From: an uncultured virus (IMG/VR IMGVR_UViG_3300024999_000087)
Taxonomy: Duplodnaviria; Heunggongvirae; Uroviricota; Caudoviricetes
Strand: one strand, 5' to 3'
IMG/VR virus record: IMGVR_UViG_3300024999_000087
Length of the DNA: 20,000 nt
Below, piece by piece: positions 8,952 through 17,101 of this stretch. Numbering within the stretch: the stretch's first letter is position 1; every line of letters starts with the position of its first letter. The notes below the pieces were generated by a model, which searched no databases, was not told the origin of the DNA, and saw only the letters and a list, made by a program, of their open reading frames with translations. Position numbers and translations under genes: made by a program.

Positions 8952-9557
8952 CTACACGTCATCACTGTCCTCGGTGGTTGCGGATATTTGCGGCAATGGG
9001 GCTCCTTCGCACTCGATCACCGGCTGAACAGGAGGCAGGGCACTGACTAGGCGGATGGATATGGCCTCGATCTCGGTGCGACCTGAGTTGCGATTGTCAT
9101 TTTTGCTTTCAGTCCGGGTGTTTACGTGGTTGTGATGGTTGACTGCATCGAAGATATAGACGCTCCGGTCCATCGCTCCTGCTGCTGCCGCTTGGAACTT
9201 ATAGTCCTGCATTCTCAACTGTGTGCTTTTTGACACACCCGAAAACTCTTCGCCGCGTCTCTCAATCTCATTCCATATGTCCTTGGAATACATACCGATG
9301 TGGTATTGCAGTCCTGCTACCGTGGGGAGGAACCCTTTCACCTCGCACTGGTCGAAGTAGGAGTCAACCGCATCCTGTAGTTCATCCGGTGTCTCATATA
9401 TAGGTGGTCGTCCTCTCCTGGCGCATGAGCCGATGTTCTTCAGCGTCTCGCGCCGTGCGTCTAGCTCTTCTGGTGATATAGCAGGCTGGGGGCTTGGCTT
9501 GCGTAGGCGTGGTTGTTTGGATGCCTTCTTATTGCGCCGTGCCGTCATGGTCTGCAT
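8952..9557 (-). CDS. terS: Terminase small subunit (P22 gp3-like)
   Basis: 'GRPPIYETPDELQDAVDSYF...PTVAGL...IG' matches the gp3-like DNA-packaging pattern. Lies upstream of terL, ATG 9557 in TGATG coupling, basic N-terminal extension. Confidence 0.8.
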   Translation of the reverse strand: MQTMTARRNKKASKQPRLRKPSPQPAISPEELDARRETLKNIGSCARRGRPPIYETPDELQDAVDSYFDQCEVKGFLPTVAGLQYHIGMYSKDIWNEIERRGEEFSGVSKSTQLRMQDYKFQAAAAGAMDRSVYIFDAVNHHNHVNTRTESKNDNRNSGRTEIEAISIRLVSALPPVQPVIECEGAPLPQISATTEDSDDV

Positions 9558-9721
9558 CAATCCTTACCCTGGGGGGTATACACACGCACTATCTGTGGCA
9601 TCTTGTACCATGCGCCGTACTGTGGGTTCTTTACCCTGATTGTGTGGGTGTAAACCTTCAGCGAGGGCGTAGGGGCGTAGCCGGTTGTCCATGTGGGGCT
9701 GGCGGTGGTCGTCTTCGTCAT
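9557..9721 (-). CDS. Small hypothetical protein
   Basis: 54 aa from ATG 9721 (ATGA overlap with the upstream gene), coupled to terS. Confidence 0.55.
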   Translation of the reverse strand: MTKTTTASPTWTTGYAPTPSLKVYTHTIRVKNPQYGAWYKMPQIVRVYTPQGKD

Positions 9722-9924
9722 GCCTTCACTCCGTAGCCCTGAGCGTTCATCCACTCACCGGCCTTGAGCATTGTCTCACTGTACCGTTCTGGCGGCATCC
9801 TCAACCCACACTCCACACAATCGCCAGCAGTGTAGAGGGGAGCCATGCAGCTTGGGCACATCAGTGTCAGTTCTACCCTATCAGGGGCGACTGTCATCAA
9901 AATGTCTATCAGTTCTTCTACCAT
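9718..9924 (-). CDS. Small Zn-ribbon protein
   Basis: 68 aa, CPSC-x8-CVEC. Confidence 0.7.
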   Translation of the reverse strand: MVEELIDILMTVAPDRVELTLMCPSCMAPLYTAGDCVECGLRMPPERYSETMLKAGEWMNAQGYGVKA

Positions 9925-9925
9925 A

Positions 9926-10420
9926 TCAGTCCTTGTCTATCAGGTCTTCGTATCGTTCGGAGAGGATCGCGCCGGGGTCGTGGTCATCCCACGGATTCTG
10001 GCTATAGGTGAGGTCGAATGTCTTCTTGCTCATTGCCTTGAGGTAATCGGGGTGGCGCTTCACATTGCCAGGGACCATCCCATAGTTCTCATTGCCGAAC
10101 ACCACAGGACAGGCAGAGAACAGGTATCTACTCCACATTGCCATAACCTTATCCTCGGTCAGCGTATCACCAGCCTTGAGTATCCCTATAATTGAGTGGT
10201 CGCATCTACCCTCACCAGCACATGCAGCATCTTCGCCCGATTGTGTGCGTATGACTGTCTCAGCGTTCAATCCTTGGTTGGCTGGTGCATCACTCATCGG
10301 GATATCGCACGTAGAATATACCTGGCCGTACCATCCCGGAGCATCTACCCTATCGAACACATCCTCAACCCAGGCGAGAGCCTCAGCAACGGTCATTGTC
10401 TCATTGAGGTCCGGCCTCAT
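9926..10420 (-). CDS. Hypothetical protein
   Basis: 164 aa, tightly packed in the operon with ATGA overlap. Confidence 0.75.
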   Translation of the reverse strand: MRPDLNETMTVAEALAWVEDVFDRVDAPGWYGQVYSTCDIPMSDAPANQGLNAETVIRTQSGEDAACAGEGRCDHSIIGILKAGDTLTEDKVMAMWSRYLFSACPVVFGNENYGMVPGNVKRHPDYLKAMSKKTFDLTYSQNPWDDHDPGAILSERYEDLIDKD

Positions 10421-10626
10421 AGTCTGTCGTCCTCGTATCCATCAACATACAACCCGGCAATCACGCTCCACTGCTCATCCCATGCCTCATCATCACTCAA
10501 CCCAGGCATACTGTCACTCACAATGGCGGCAGGGGTCTGTTCCTTGCGCCCGAACGTCCTCTCGTAATTGTCCCGGTAGGCATCGTTGGGGTATCGTGTA
10601 TAGATTGAGCCTTTACCTATCTGCAT
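10417..10626 (-). CDS. Hypothetical protein
   Basis: 69 aa, RBS GAGGA, 'GKGS..R.....YRDNYERTF' segment. Confidence 0.7.
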   Translation of the reverse strand: MQIGKGSIYTRYPNDAYRDNYERTFGRKEQTPAAIVSDSMPGLSDDEAWDEQWSVIAGLYVDGYEDDRL

Positions 10627-10772
10627 CAGTCCTCACGCTCCCAGTCATTCCTAAACCGGGTCCACTCGTCACCGTCTACATCGTCCAACGGATCATGAGC
10701 ATAGTCCCGGCCTGTTTCATTCATTGGTTCGTCAGGCAGGTCGCTGAATATATCGACTAAATCTTTGATGGT
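10626..10772 (-). CDS. Acidic 48-aa frame continuing the upstream Zn-ribbon ORF past a TAG, or a separate 32-aa ORF from ATG 10724
   Basis: TIKDLVDIFSDLPDEPMNETGRDYAHDPLDDVDGDEWTRFRNDWERED*, ending in TGATG coupling. Confidence 0.5.
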   Translation of the reverse strand, partial: TIKDLVDIFSDLPDEPMNETGRDYAHDPLDDVDGDEWTRFRNDWERED

Positions 10773-10943
10773 CTACCGCCGATACGTTCTGTTCTTGATT
10801 TCCCCATCAGCCAGCATAACAGGGGCGAACTCCACCTCGCAGGCAGAGCAGTCGATATATGTGGAGTGACCGGGGGATTTAAGGATTCCCGATACATCAT
10901 ACTTCTTGCCGCACTTGGGGCATGCCGCTTCTTTCTTCGCCAT
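10773..10943 (-). CDS. Small Zn-ribbon protein
   Basis: 56 aa from ATG 10943, CPKC...CSAC, ends in TAG. Confidence 0.65.
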   Translation of the reverse strand: MAKKEAACPKCGKKYDVSGILKSPGHSTYIDCSACEVEFAPVMLADGEIKNRTYRR

Positions 10944-10945
10944 TG

Positions 10946-11095
10946 TCAGCTCGTCTGATTCCATCGGATTTTTTGCTTTCTCGGCCAGTCCACCTTGTAT
11001 ATCCTGGTAGGCTTGACCCTATCGAATCTGCCGCACATCTGGCATCGCCTACCGGCGGCATCACAGCAACAAATTATCGTCGCTTTTCGTTTCAT
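10946..11095 (-). CDS. 49-aa basic Cys-rich protein, probably leaderless
   Basis: MKRKATIICCCDAAGRRCQMCGRF...; below the ORF-track cutoff. ATG lies 7 nt after a TATAAT; the stop is 2 nt before the next ATG. Confidence 0.55.
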   Translation of the reverse strand: MKRKATIICCCDAAGRRCQMCGRFDRVKPTRIYKVDWPRKQKIRWNQTS

Positions 11096-11102
11096 CCCTA
11101 TT

Positions 11103-11131
11103 ATTATACCATAACCTAACTATCTATGCAA
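11103..11131 (-). promoter_or_regulatory. Sigma70-type promoter with extended -10
   Basis: TTGCAT-17 bp-TATAAT, with TG at the extended -10 position and AT-rich sequence upstream. Confidence 0.8.
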
Positions 11132-11170
11132 TACCTTTATTTGCTAGGCAGCAAAGAAAAAAATACTCAA

Positions 11171-11707
11171 TTAAACAGAACAACCTTTATGCATATCAAT
11201 ATACTGCTTGGCGGATGAATAGATATCACAGTCAGGGAACCCAAGACACTGCCCTGCTGCAAAACGAACGTAGGCTGCTTCTAAGATGGAATCGAAAGAC
11301 CCCAGATATTTTGCGCGGCTGTCAACTCTGATCTGAGCGTACCATTTTTTAGCCCGCTTGTGCCAGAGAACGCCCTTTACACCAGATGTATTGTCCTTCC
11401 GCATTCCACAGTTTCTGTTTTGGCATTGCCGCGATGCCTCTCGGAGATTCACTCGGCGGTTGTCCGTCCGTATCCTATTGATGTGATCAATTTCATTTTC
11501 CGGGAGATATCCATCTGTATACAGAATCGCTAGACGGTGTGCTGGATACATCTTCCCATCAACCCTAATTCTGATATACCCACAAGTATCCCGGCAACTA
11601 GTCTCAAACCCTGCCGGGGTGTTCCTAGCAGGCGATATCTTCCACCGGAATTTTCCTTCATCCGGGTTATAGCCCAAAATCTCGCGCAAGCGTTCTTGTG
11701 TAATCAT
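11171..11707 (-). CDS. HNH endonuclease with C-terminal AP2 domain (homing-endonuclease type)
   Basis: 'ITQERLRE...YNP..G.F.W', 'AHRLA', 'IDHINRIRTDNRRVNLREA', 'NTSGVKGV.W....KKWYAQI....YLGSF....EAA'. Confidence 0.92.
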   Translation of the reverse strand: MITQERLREILGYNPDEGKFRWKISPARNTPAGFETSCRDTCGYIRIRVDGKMYPAHRLAILYTDGYLPENEIDHINRIRTDNRRVNLREASRQCQNRNCGMRKDNTSGVKGVLWHKRAKKWYAQIRVDSRAKYLGSFDSILEAAYVRFAAGQCLGFPDCDIYSSAKQYIDMHKGCSV

Positions 11708-11716
11708 CTCGTTATC

Positions 11717-11953
11717 CTAATTATCGCTCTCAGCAAGCCCATCGCAAGCCTCAGCCCTATCCACCATCACCCGCAGGAACCGAGCACACTCCCCAAATAG
11801 CACATCCTCGCCCACCATTTCTTTCAGCAGGGCAAACTCCACCTGGGCATACCGTTTGATTGCCTCCATCTCGGCATCCTGGGGAGACTCACGCTCTATT
11901 TCCTCAGCTTCTAGGATCATATCGACCTGATGACTATCAAGTATCGTTGGCAT
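11717..11953 (-). CDS. Hypothetical acidic protein
   Basis: 78 aa, RBS GAGGTGA. Confidence 0.7.
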   Translation of the reverse strand: MPTILDSHQVDMILEAEEIERESPQDAEMEAIKRYAQVEFALLKEMVGEDVLFGECARFLRVMVDRAEACDGLAESDN

Positions 11954-12080
11954 CTCACCTCATTCTGCAACCCCGGCTTTTACACCGGGGCGCATATAGC
12001 GGACCAGGCTATCGAAGACGACCCAACCCCGGACCACCCGGAGCAGGATCAAGGAGTCTACACCAACTCCTAATCACCCC

Positions 12081-12109
12081 ATTATACAACATCTGGTAGT
12101 ATCGTGCAA
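12081..12109 (-). promoter_or_regulatory. Leftward sigma70-type promoter
   Basis: TTGCAC-17 bp-TATAAT. Confidence 0.8.
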
Positions 12110-12132
12110 CACAAACCGCTATATATTGTGCT

Positions 12133-12165
12133 ATGAAAAATAATTCACACGATGAAAAATAATTC
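12133..12165. repeat. 14-bp direct repeat between the divergent promoters
   Basis: ATGAAAAATAATTC at 12133-12146 and 12152-12165. Confidence 0.9.
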
Positions 12166-12175
12166 GCATTTCTTC

Positions 12176-12204
12176 TTGACATCGCTACGCCAATGACGTA
12201 CTGT
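12176..12204 (+). promoter_or_regulatory. Rightward sigma70 promoter of the plus-strand operon
   Basis: TTGACA-17 bp-TACTGT, with A-tracts upstream. Confidence 0.75.
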
Positions 12205-12296
12205 TAAATCAAGAGTAAGCCAGATTGACCCGGAGCGAGGCCGGAAGCTAAAGCGGAAGTTAATCGAGAAGCCGAAGGGGGATTGACATTCCACCC

Positions 12297-12349
12297 GATT
12301 GTCTGCGATACGCGATCAAGTTGAAGAGCCCAAGCAGGGCGAAACAATC
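12297..12349 (+). ncRNA. Hammerhead-ribozyme-like element (type III topology, deviant)
   Basis: GATTGT-C ... TTGAAGA-GCCC-aagca-GGGC-GAAACAATC. Stems II and III and the GUC site fit; C3 is U and stem I is imperfect. Confidence 0.45.
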
Positions 12350-12364
12350 AATCAAGGTGAAACC

Positions 12365-12565
12365 ATGAAGGCAATATTCAAGTCAAACCGGGCAATGGCT
12401 GAGAAGAACACGAAGAAAAGTGATGCAAATTTTGCGCTGGTTGGTCGTTTTGACGGCGGAGAATATTGCGTTATCTCAATACACTCTAAAATTGAATTGG
12501 CCGACCCAGGGGAAGTATATAATGAGAGATATTCAGATGTTCATGTCGCAGTAAGAGTAAACTAA
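12365..12565 (+). CDS. Small hypothetical protein (probably early)
   Basis: 66 aa from ATG 12365 with RBS AAGGTGA. Confidence 0.75.
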   Translation: MKAIFKSNRAMAEKNTKKSDANFALVGRFDGGEYCVISIHSKIELADPGEVYNERYSDVHVAVRVN

Positions 12566-12579
12566 CCCAACCCAACCTA

Positions 12580-12597
12580 GCCGGGCGGATTCCCGGC
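12580..12597 (+). other. Intergenic GC hairpin directly before an RBS
   Basis: GCCGGG-cggatt-CCCGGC followed by ATGGAGGA. Confidence 0.7.
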
Positions 12598-12609
12598 ATG
12601 GAGGATGAT

Positions 12610-12825
12610 ATGCGCTACTATAGCAAAAAACACTACTCCTTGGTTTCCCCGCATAGAGACACCGATGAACAAATCAAGGAAAGAATCTTACATAAAGAGG
12701 CATGTGTTCTCGCGCACAAAGACTGCCTGGAAAAATACGGGCAGATAACCGTAGAGAATGCCAAGGAAGCCATCAAGTATCAAGATGAGAGAATAAAGCA
12801 TCATATGCTGAGGATTGCATTATGA
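12610..12825 (+). CDS. Small hypothetical protein (probably early)
   Basis: 71 aa from ATG 12610 with RBS GGAGGA. Confidence 0.75.
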   Translation: MRYYSKKHYSLVSPHRDTDEQIKERILHKEACVLAHKDCLEKYGQITVENAKEAIKYQDERIKHHMLRIAL

Positions 12826-13001
12826 CGCCCCAAGAGATAAAAGATATCCGCAAGGCCCTCAACCTCTCCACCTCCGAACTAGGTGAGAAACTAGGCGTGA
12901 GCAGGCGGACCATCGAAGGCTATGAGATGGGGCGTAGGAAGATCCCGCGCCCCGTGGAGATGCTGATTAACTTACTTATCAAGGAGAAATGTGATGAATA
13001 A
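12822..13001 (+). CDS. XRE/Cro-family helix-turn-helix regulator
   Basis: 59 aa, below the ORF-track cutoff: MTPQEIKDIRKALNLSTSELGEKLGVSRRTIEGYEMGRRKIPRPVEMLINLLIKEKCDE. ATGA overlap with the upstream gene. Confidence 0.9.
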   Translation: MTPQEIKDIRKALNLSTSELGEKLGVSRRTIEGYEMGRRKIPRPVEMLINLLIKEKCDE

Positions 13002-13209
13002 CGACAACTGGACACCACAATATGAGAAGTGGCGGCATGGTGGATGGTACGTTACCAATGTCAGGTATGCGAGTGGCGCGTGTGGCTGTGTCAGCCGAAA
13101 TTACGAAGATGGAAAATGGCGGATTGCCTGTGGTGATTTTACCCAAACTTTTCCATCAAGAGATGCCGCAGCGAGGGCCGAAAAACGTATTGCAGAGGGG
13201 CGGTCATGA
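12994..13209 (+). CDS. Hypothetical protein
   Basis: 71 aa, RBS AAGGAG, Trp/Gly-rich, with 'TFPSRDAAARAE'. Confidence 0.75.
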   Translation: MNNDNWTPQYEKWRHGGWYVTNVRYASGACGCVSRNYEDGKWRIACGDFTQTFPSRDAAARAEKRIAEGRS

Positions 13210-13394
13210 GAACATACGCAGCAGTAGCCGCTGAAGACGGAACGTTCATAGTTTGCAATTTAGGCCCGTATGAGATTAAGCCGGTTCTGGATATCCGCCC
13301 CTTCACCACGTTTGAAGAGGCCGACGAGGTAGCCCTTGCCTGCTCTTATGGTGATTACAACCACCACAAGGGACACTATGTCTGCATGAGATAG
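13206..13394 (+). CDS. Hypothetical protein
   Basis: 62 aa, ATGA overlap, RBS GAGGGG. Confidence 0.65.
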   Translation: MRTYAAVAAEDGTFIVCNLGPYEIKPVLDIRPFTTFEEADEVALACSYGDYNHHKGHYVCMR

Positions 13395-13400
13395 ACCCCA

Positions 13401-13429
13401 TTGCCGCCGACCATCCCGGAAGGCGGCAA
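13401..13429. terminator. Hairpin between convergent operons
   Basis: TTGCCGCC-13 nt-GGCGGCAA fills the gap between convergent stops; no clear U-tract. Confidence 0.5.
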
Positions 13430-13430
13430 G

Positions 13431-13613
13431 TCATTTCCGCATCCCCATTATCTTGAGTAGATCATCAACCACATCGCAACCCTTCCCCTTCTTCTCAATC
13501 CCCATCCGCTGCCGAGCGCACTCCCCGCAGAGATGCACCGCGTTCTTATCGCGCTTCCCCTTGACTATAGTTGCGACTGTTGCATGGCAATAATGACATA
13601 TTAGCTCAAGCAT
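13431..13613 (-). CDS. Small Zn-finger protein
   Basis: 60 aa, CHYC...CGEC, TGATG coupling. Confidence 0.7.
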   Translation of the reverse strand: MLELICHYCHATVATIVKGKRDKNAVHLCGECARQRMGIEKKGKGCDVVDDLLKIMGMRK

Positions 13614-13786
13614 CAAGTTTTACCCTTTACCTTGTCAGCTACCAGCGCCCCGATTATCCAAGGCCAGAGGGGGATAATCATGATGTAGACAAATAACGTG
13701 ATCCACAAGTTCTCGCCATCATCATCAGCAATCAGCCCCCATGTGAACAGTATACCAATCCACCAGATTACCACGCCAGCCGTCAT
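13613..13786 (-). CDS. Small membrane protein (two hydrophobic segments)
   Basis: 57 aa, not in the track: MTAGVVIWWIGILFTWGLIADDDGENLWITLFVYIMIIPLWPWIIGALVADKVKGKT; RBS GGAGG. Confidence 0.8.
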   Translation of the reverse strand: MTAGVVIWWIGILFTWGLIADDDGENLWITLFVYIMIIPLWPWIIGALVADKVKGKT

Positions 13787-13787
13787 A

Positions 13788-14159
13788 TTATTCCTCCATC
13801 ACGCATCGTTTAGCCACCTTTTTCAGCACCAGATACCCCATCAGGTCATCCTCTACATCCTCGTCCTCGTCTGCCTGCCCTGACATCAATCTCGAAATTT
13901 TGTCATCGAGACGGATATTGATCTGCTCTATGGGACTGGCCTTGCTGAAGCACCGCACCGGATGGATTGCGCTGTCTCCATACTTGCGGTTCTTCTGAAG
14001 CAGCATATCCTTTATCCGGTCGCATTCCTCGATAATCATCATCTGTGTCGGGGTTTTGCAAAACTCTTCTGCTTTGTCCCAGTCCCCGGTCAACCCACCC
14101 AGCATGTCATCTAGCAGGGTATCCAGCCTGTCATTCTTCATACAGCTACTCATCCCCAT
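13788..14159 (-). CDS. Nucleotide-modification-associated domain 1 (Nmad1/DUF1599)-like protein
   Basis: 'LL.KNRKYGDSA...I.IRLDDKISRL...ED...DL.GYLVL' is the family pattern. Start uncertain (14159, 14153 or 14141). Confidence 0.8.
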   Translation of the reverse strand: MGMSSCMKNDRLDTLLDDMLGGLTGDWDKAEEFCKTPTQMMIIEECDRIKDMLLQKNRKYGDSAIHPVRCFSKASPIEQINIRLDDKISRLMSGQADEDEDVEDDLMGYLVLKKVAKRCVMEE

Positions 14160-14466
14160 CCTCCCTATGTTTCACACGATATTCAAGATGGCCGCCAGTT
14201 ATCTGCGACTCAAACTGTGCAACCGCTGCGTGTGCAATAGCCTCATTCACATACCGGCCCCTTACCCGCCATCCGTCATTTGCCCAAGGAGGGGGATTAC
14301 CCCAAGAAGCCATTTCACCAAGATATTCATCAGAATACTTTTCCTCTACGATCCACGGCTTGTCGCGCTTCTTCTTCGGAGTGCCGTTGCTGGGTAGATC
14401 AAACGCGGGCATCTGCTTAAAATCTTTGATCTTGCTACGCTCTGCCTTCACCTGTTTGTCAGACAT
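14146..14466 (-). CDS. Hypothetical protein
   Basis: 106 aa from ATG 14466 (MSDKQ), overlapping the upstream stop. Confidence 0.7.
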   Translation of the reverse strand: MSDKQVKAERSKIKDFKQMPAFDLPSNGTPKKKRDKPWIVEEKYSDEYLGEMASWGNPPPWANDGWRVRGRYVNEAIAHAAVAQFESQITGGHLEYRVKHREDGDE

Positions 14467-14713
14467 TCTCGACCCACTTATTAGCCCATTTCTCAACGCT
14501 GCCATACTCAAGCACATCATCAATCCTCGTACCTGCAACCGGCACAGTAAAATCACGCATCCAGTCAACCATCGTCTGAGCAATAGATATCTGTCGCGCA
14601 AACTCACCCTTGCGCCTCGACTTTTTACACGCCATGTCGCACACGGTAGCGAGGTTGCAATCTGCGATGTACGCGAATGCCTGCTCTATCGTCCTAACGT
14701 CACACTTCCTCAT
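14459..14713 (-). CDS. Hypothetical protein
   Basis: 84 aa, RBS GGAGG, ATGA overlap. Confidence 0.75.
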   Translation of the reverse strand: MRKCDVRTIEQAFAYIADCNLATVCDMACKKSRRKGEFARQISIAQTMVDWMRDFTVPVAGTRIDDVLEYGSVEKWANKWVENV

Positions 14714-14913
14714 ACCACCTCCCCATTCTCACATCCGTACTCGTTCTCATACTCCCGCATAGCCCGGATGATGCTGGCTGAGTGGTAGCCACAGCCGAGC
14801 ATGGCCCGAAATACCAGATCAATGATGCTGTCCGCGTCTTCAGGCTGGGTGTCTTCTGAGATGTTTGCTGCTTTCGATGCTGTGTCGAGTGTTACTATTT
14901 TTACTGATGCCAT
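14710..14913 (-). CDS. Hypothetical protein
   Basis: 67 aa from ATG 14913, TAATG coupling, RBS GGAGGT. Confidence 0.7.
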   Translation of the reverse strand: MASVKIVTLDTASKAANISEDTQPEDADSIIDLVFRAMLGCGYHSASIIRAMREYENEYGCENGEVV

Positions 14914-15776
14914 TATGCTACCTCCTGCATGGCCTGCCGTTGCATCCATAGACTTTTATTAAATATATCAGGATACTTCTGCTGAACAAATTGCCACAAC
15001 CTCATCCCCTCATACCGCCTGCAAAGATAGTCAAGGCTAACCTCCATCAGACCGTAGTCGCCGTCGATAGCCTCATGCAGCATGAACACGCCGCGCCACT
15101 CTGAGTTTCCCTGTGGGCCTCGATAGTCCTCGTCATGCAGGTATGCAGCTCCACATATCAGTCCCCTAATCCGCCTGCCGTTGTTGAGTGACCGAGTGCC
15201 GACCATGTAGGTCTGTTGGTGTCCCTGGACGAATGAGAAATTGATATTCTTCAGACGGGTGTCAATGCTCGTTCCGCCGTATGGCCTGCCTGACATTGGG
15301 TTATAGTAGTAGTGGCAGAATGATATACCAGAAATGACAACGGGTTTCAGGTACTCATGCGCCGTCCACCCGTGCGCCTCGTAGTTCAGGTCATCCAACC
15401 CTATCACTCCCTCCATCTTGGCATCACCATCAACGGCCCGCTGGATTCTGTTTTCGTGATTGCCGAGGGTCAAGTGTTTCTCAGGGCGATACAGTTTCTC
15501 CTTTCTCTCTTTCCTGGTCGAGTTGTACTCTTCCAGCGGTTTCATCAGCCTATCCATAGCCATGTTTGCCGCTCCTACATCTGCCATGTACCTGCGGCCT
15601 TCGTGACGCATTTTCCCGTAATCGTATGACGACAGGCTAGCCATGTCTGCGAAATCTCCCAACTGCACCACAACGTCTGGTTTCTTCTCCACGATGTATT
15701 TGCCAACCCATGTCAGGTGGTCAGTTGGGCACTCAGGAGTAATTTGCAGGTCGGGGATTACGCAGATTTTTTTCAT
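14913..15776 (-). CDS. Calcineurin-like metallophosphoesterase
   Basis: Motifs PDLQ, LGDFAD, LGNHE, CH, QGHQQ. Confidence 0.9.
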   Translation of the reverse strand: MKKICVIPDLQITPECPTDHLTWVGKYIVEKKPDVVVQLGDFADMASLSSYDYGKMRHEGRRYMADVGAANMAMDRLMKPLEEYNSTRKERKEKLYRPEKHLTLGNHENRIQRAVDGDAKMEGVIGLDDLNYEAHGWTAHEYLKPVVISGISFCHYYYNPMSGRPYGGTSIDTRLKNINFSFVQGHQQTYMVGTRSLNNGRRIRGLICGAAYLHDEDYRGPQGNSEWRGVFMLHEAIDGDYGLMEVSLDYLCRRYEGMRLWQFVQQKYPDIFNKSLWMQRQAMQEVA

Positions 15777-16069
15777 TGCTTTGTACAGTCACGAATGGAC
15801 TTGGCGATTGAATCGGTAATACAGGAAAATCCTACACCACTTCTGGTAAGCCTCTCCGCAATCTCAGACCATGCCATTTGCTCACCCCCGGCAACCTTGC
15901 TCATCATCCGGCATAGCGCATTGACAAGGGCTTTCACATCCTTGTTTTTCACCGATCCCTCTTCTGGGAAATGCGCCATAACTGAGGTTTCCGAGATAGT
16001 GAGATACCATGACTCCCCGTCGAAGGTGAACCGGCCTCGCTTGCAATCGTGGTACGGGATCTCTGCCAT
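15773..16069 (-). CDS. Hypothetical protein
   Basis: 98 aa, RBS GAGGTGA. Confidence 0.75.
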   Translation of the reverse strand: MAEIPYHDCKRGRFTFDGESWYLTISETSVMAHFPEEGSVKNKDVKALVNALCRMMSKVAGGEQMAWSEIAERLTRSGVGFSCITDSIAKSIRDCTKQ

Positions 16070-16245
16070 TCACTTCACCTCTTCCTGAGAAATTACAAAG
16101 GTAAACTTGCGCCCGTAGTCAGAATTGCAGTCATATCCTATTTTGTCGAGTTCCTTCTTAGTCCACCCGCTTACGCAAGCGTCGTCCGAGTAATCCCACA
16201 GCAGGTTCAGCGCGTCTTGTACATTCTGGGGCAGGTTTATGAACA

Positions 16246-16246
<1 letters not shown>
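16070..16246 (-). CDS. Hypothetical protein
   Basis: 58 aa, not in the track (MFINLPQNVQDALNLLWDYSDD...SQEEVK). TGATG overlap upstream; abuts the next ATG. Confidence 0.7.
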
Positions 16247-16983
<737 letters not shown>

Positions 16984-17033
16984 TTTTCACCTCGTTAATT
17001 GTTGAAAGTTTCCGCTCCATTGAAATTCATACC

Positions 17034-17062
17034 AGCATACACTATATAGCGCATAATTGCAA
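17034..17062 (-). promoter_or_regulatory. Sigma70-type promoter for the DUF6948 operon
   Basis: TTGCAA-17 bp-TATGCT; the spacer contains the near-palindrome CGCTATATAGTG. Confidence 0.65.
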
Positions 17063-17101
17063 CGATAAACGCTGTATGTGGTATAGATTTGCGGGGATTG
17101 C

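Noticed and set aside
12283..12312. Second TTGACA as a promoter
   Set aside because: No plausible -10 at 16-18 bp, and it lies in a predicted hairpin loop.
11960..12360. tRNA or attachment site
   Set aside because: No cloverleaf with a T-loop and CCA end was found, and there is no integrase in the window.
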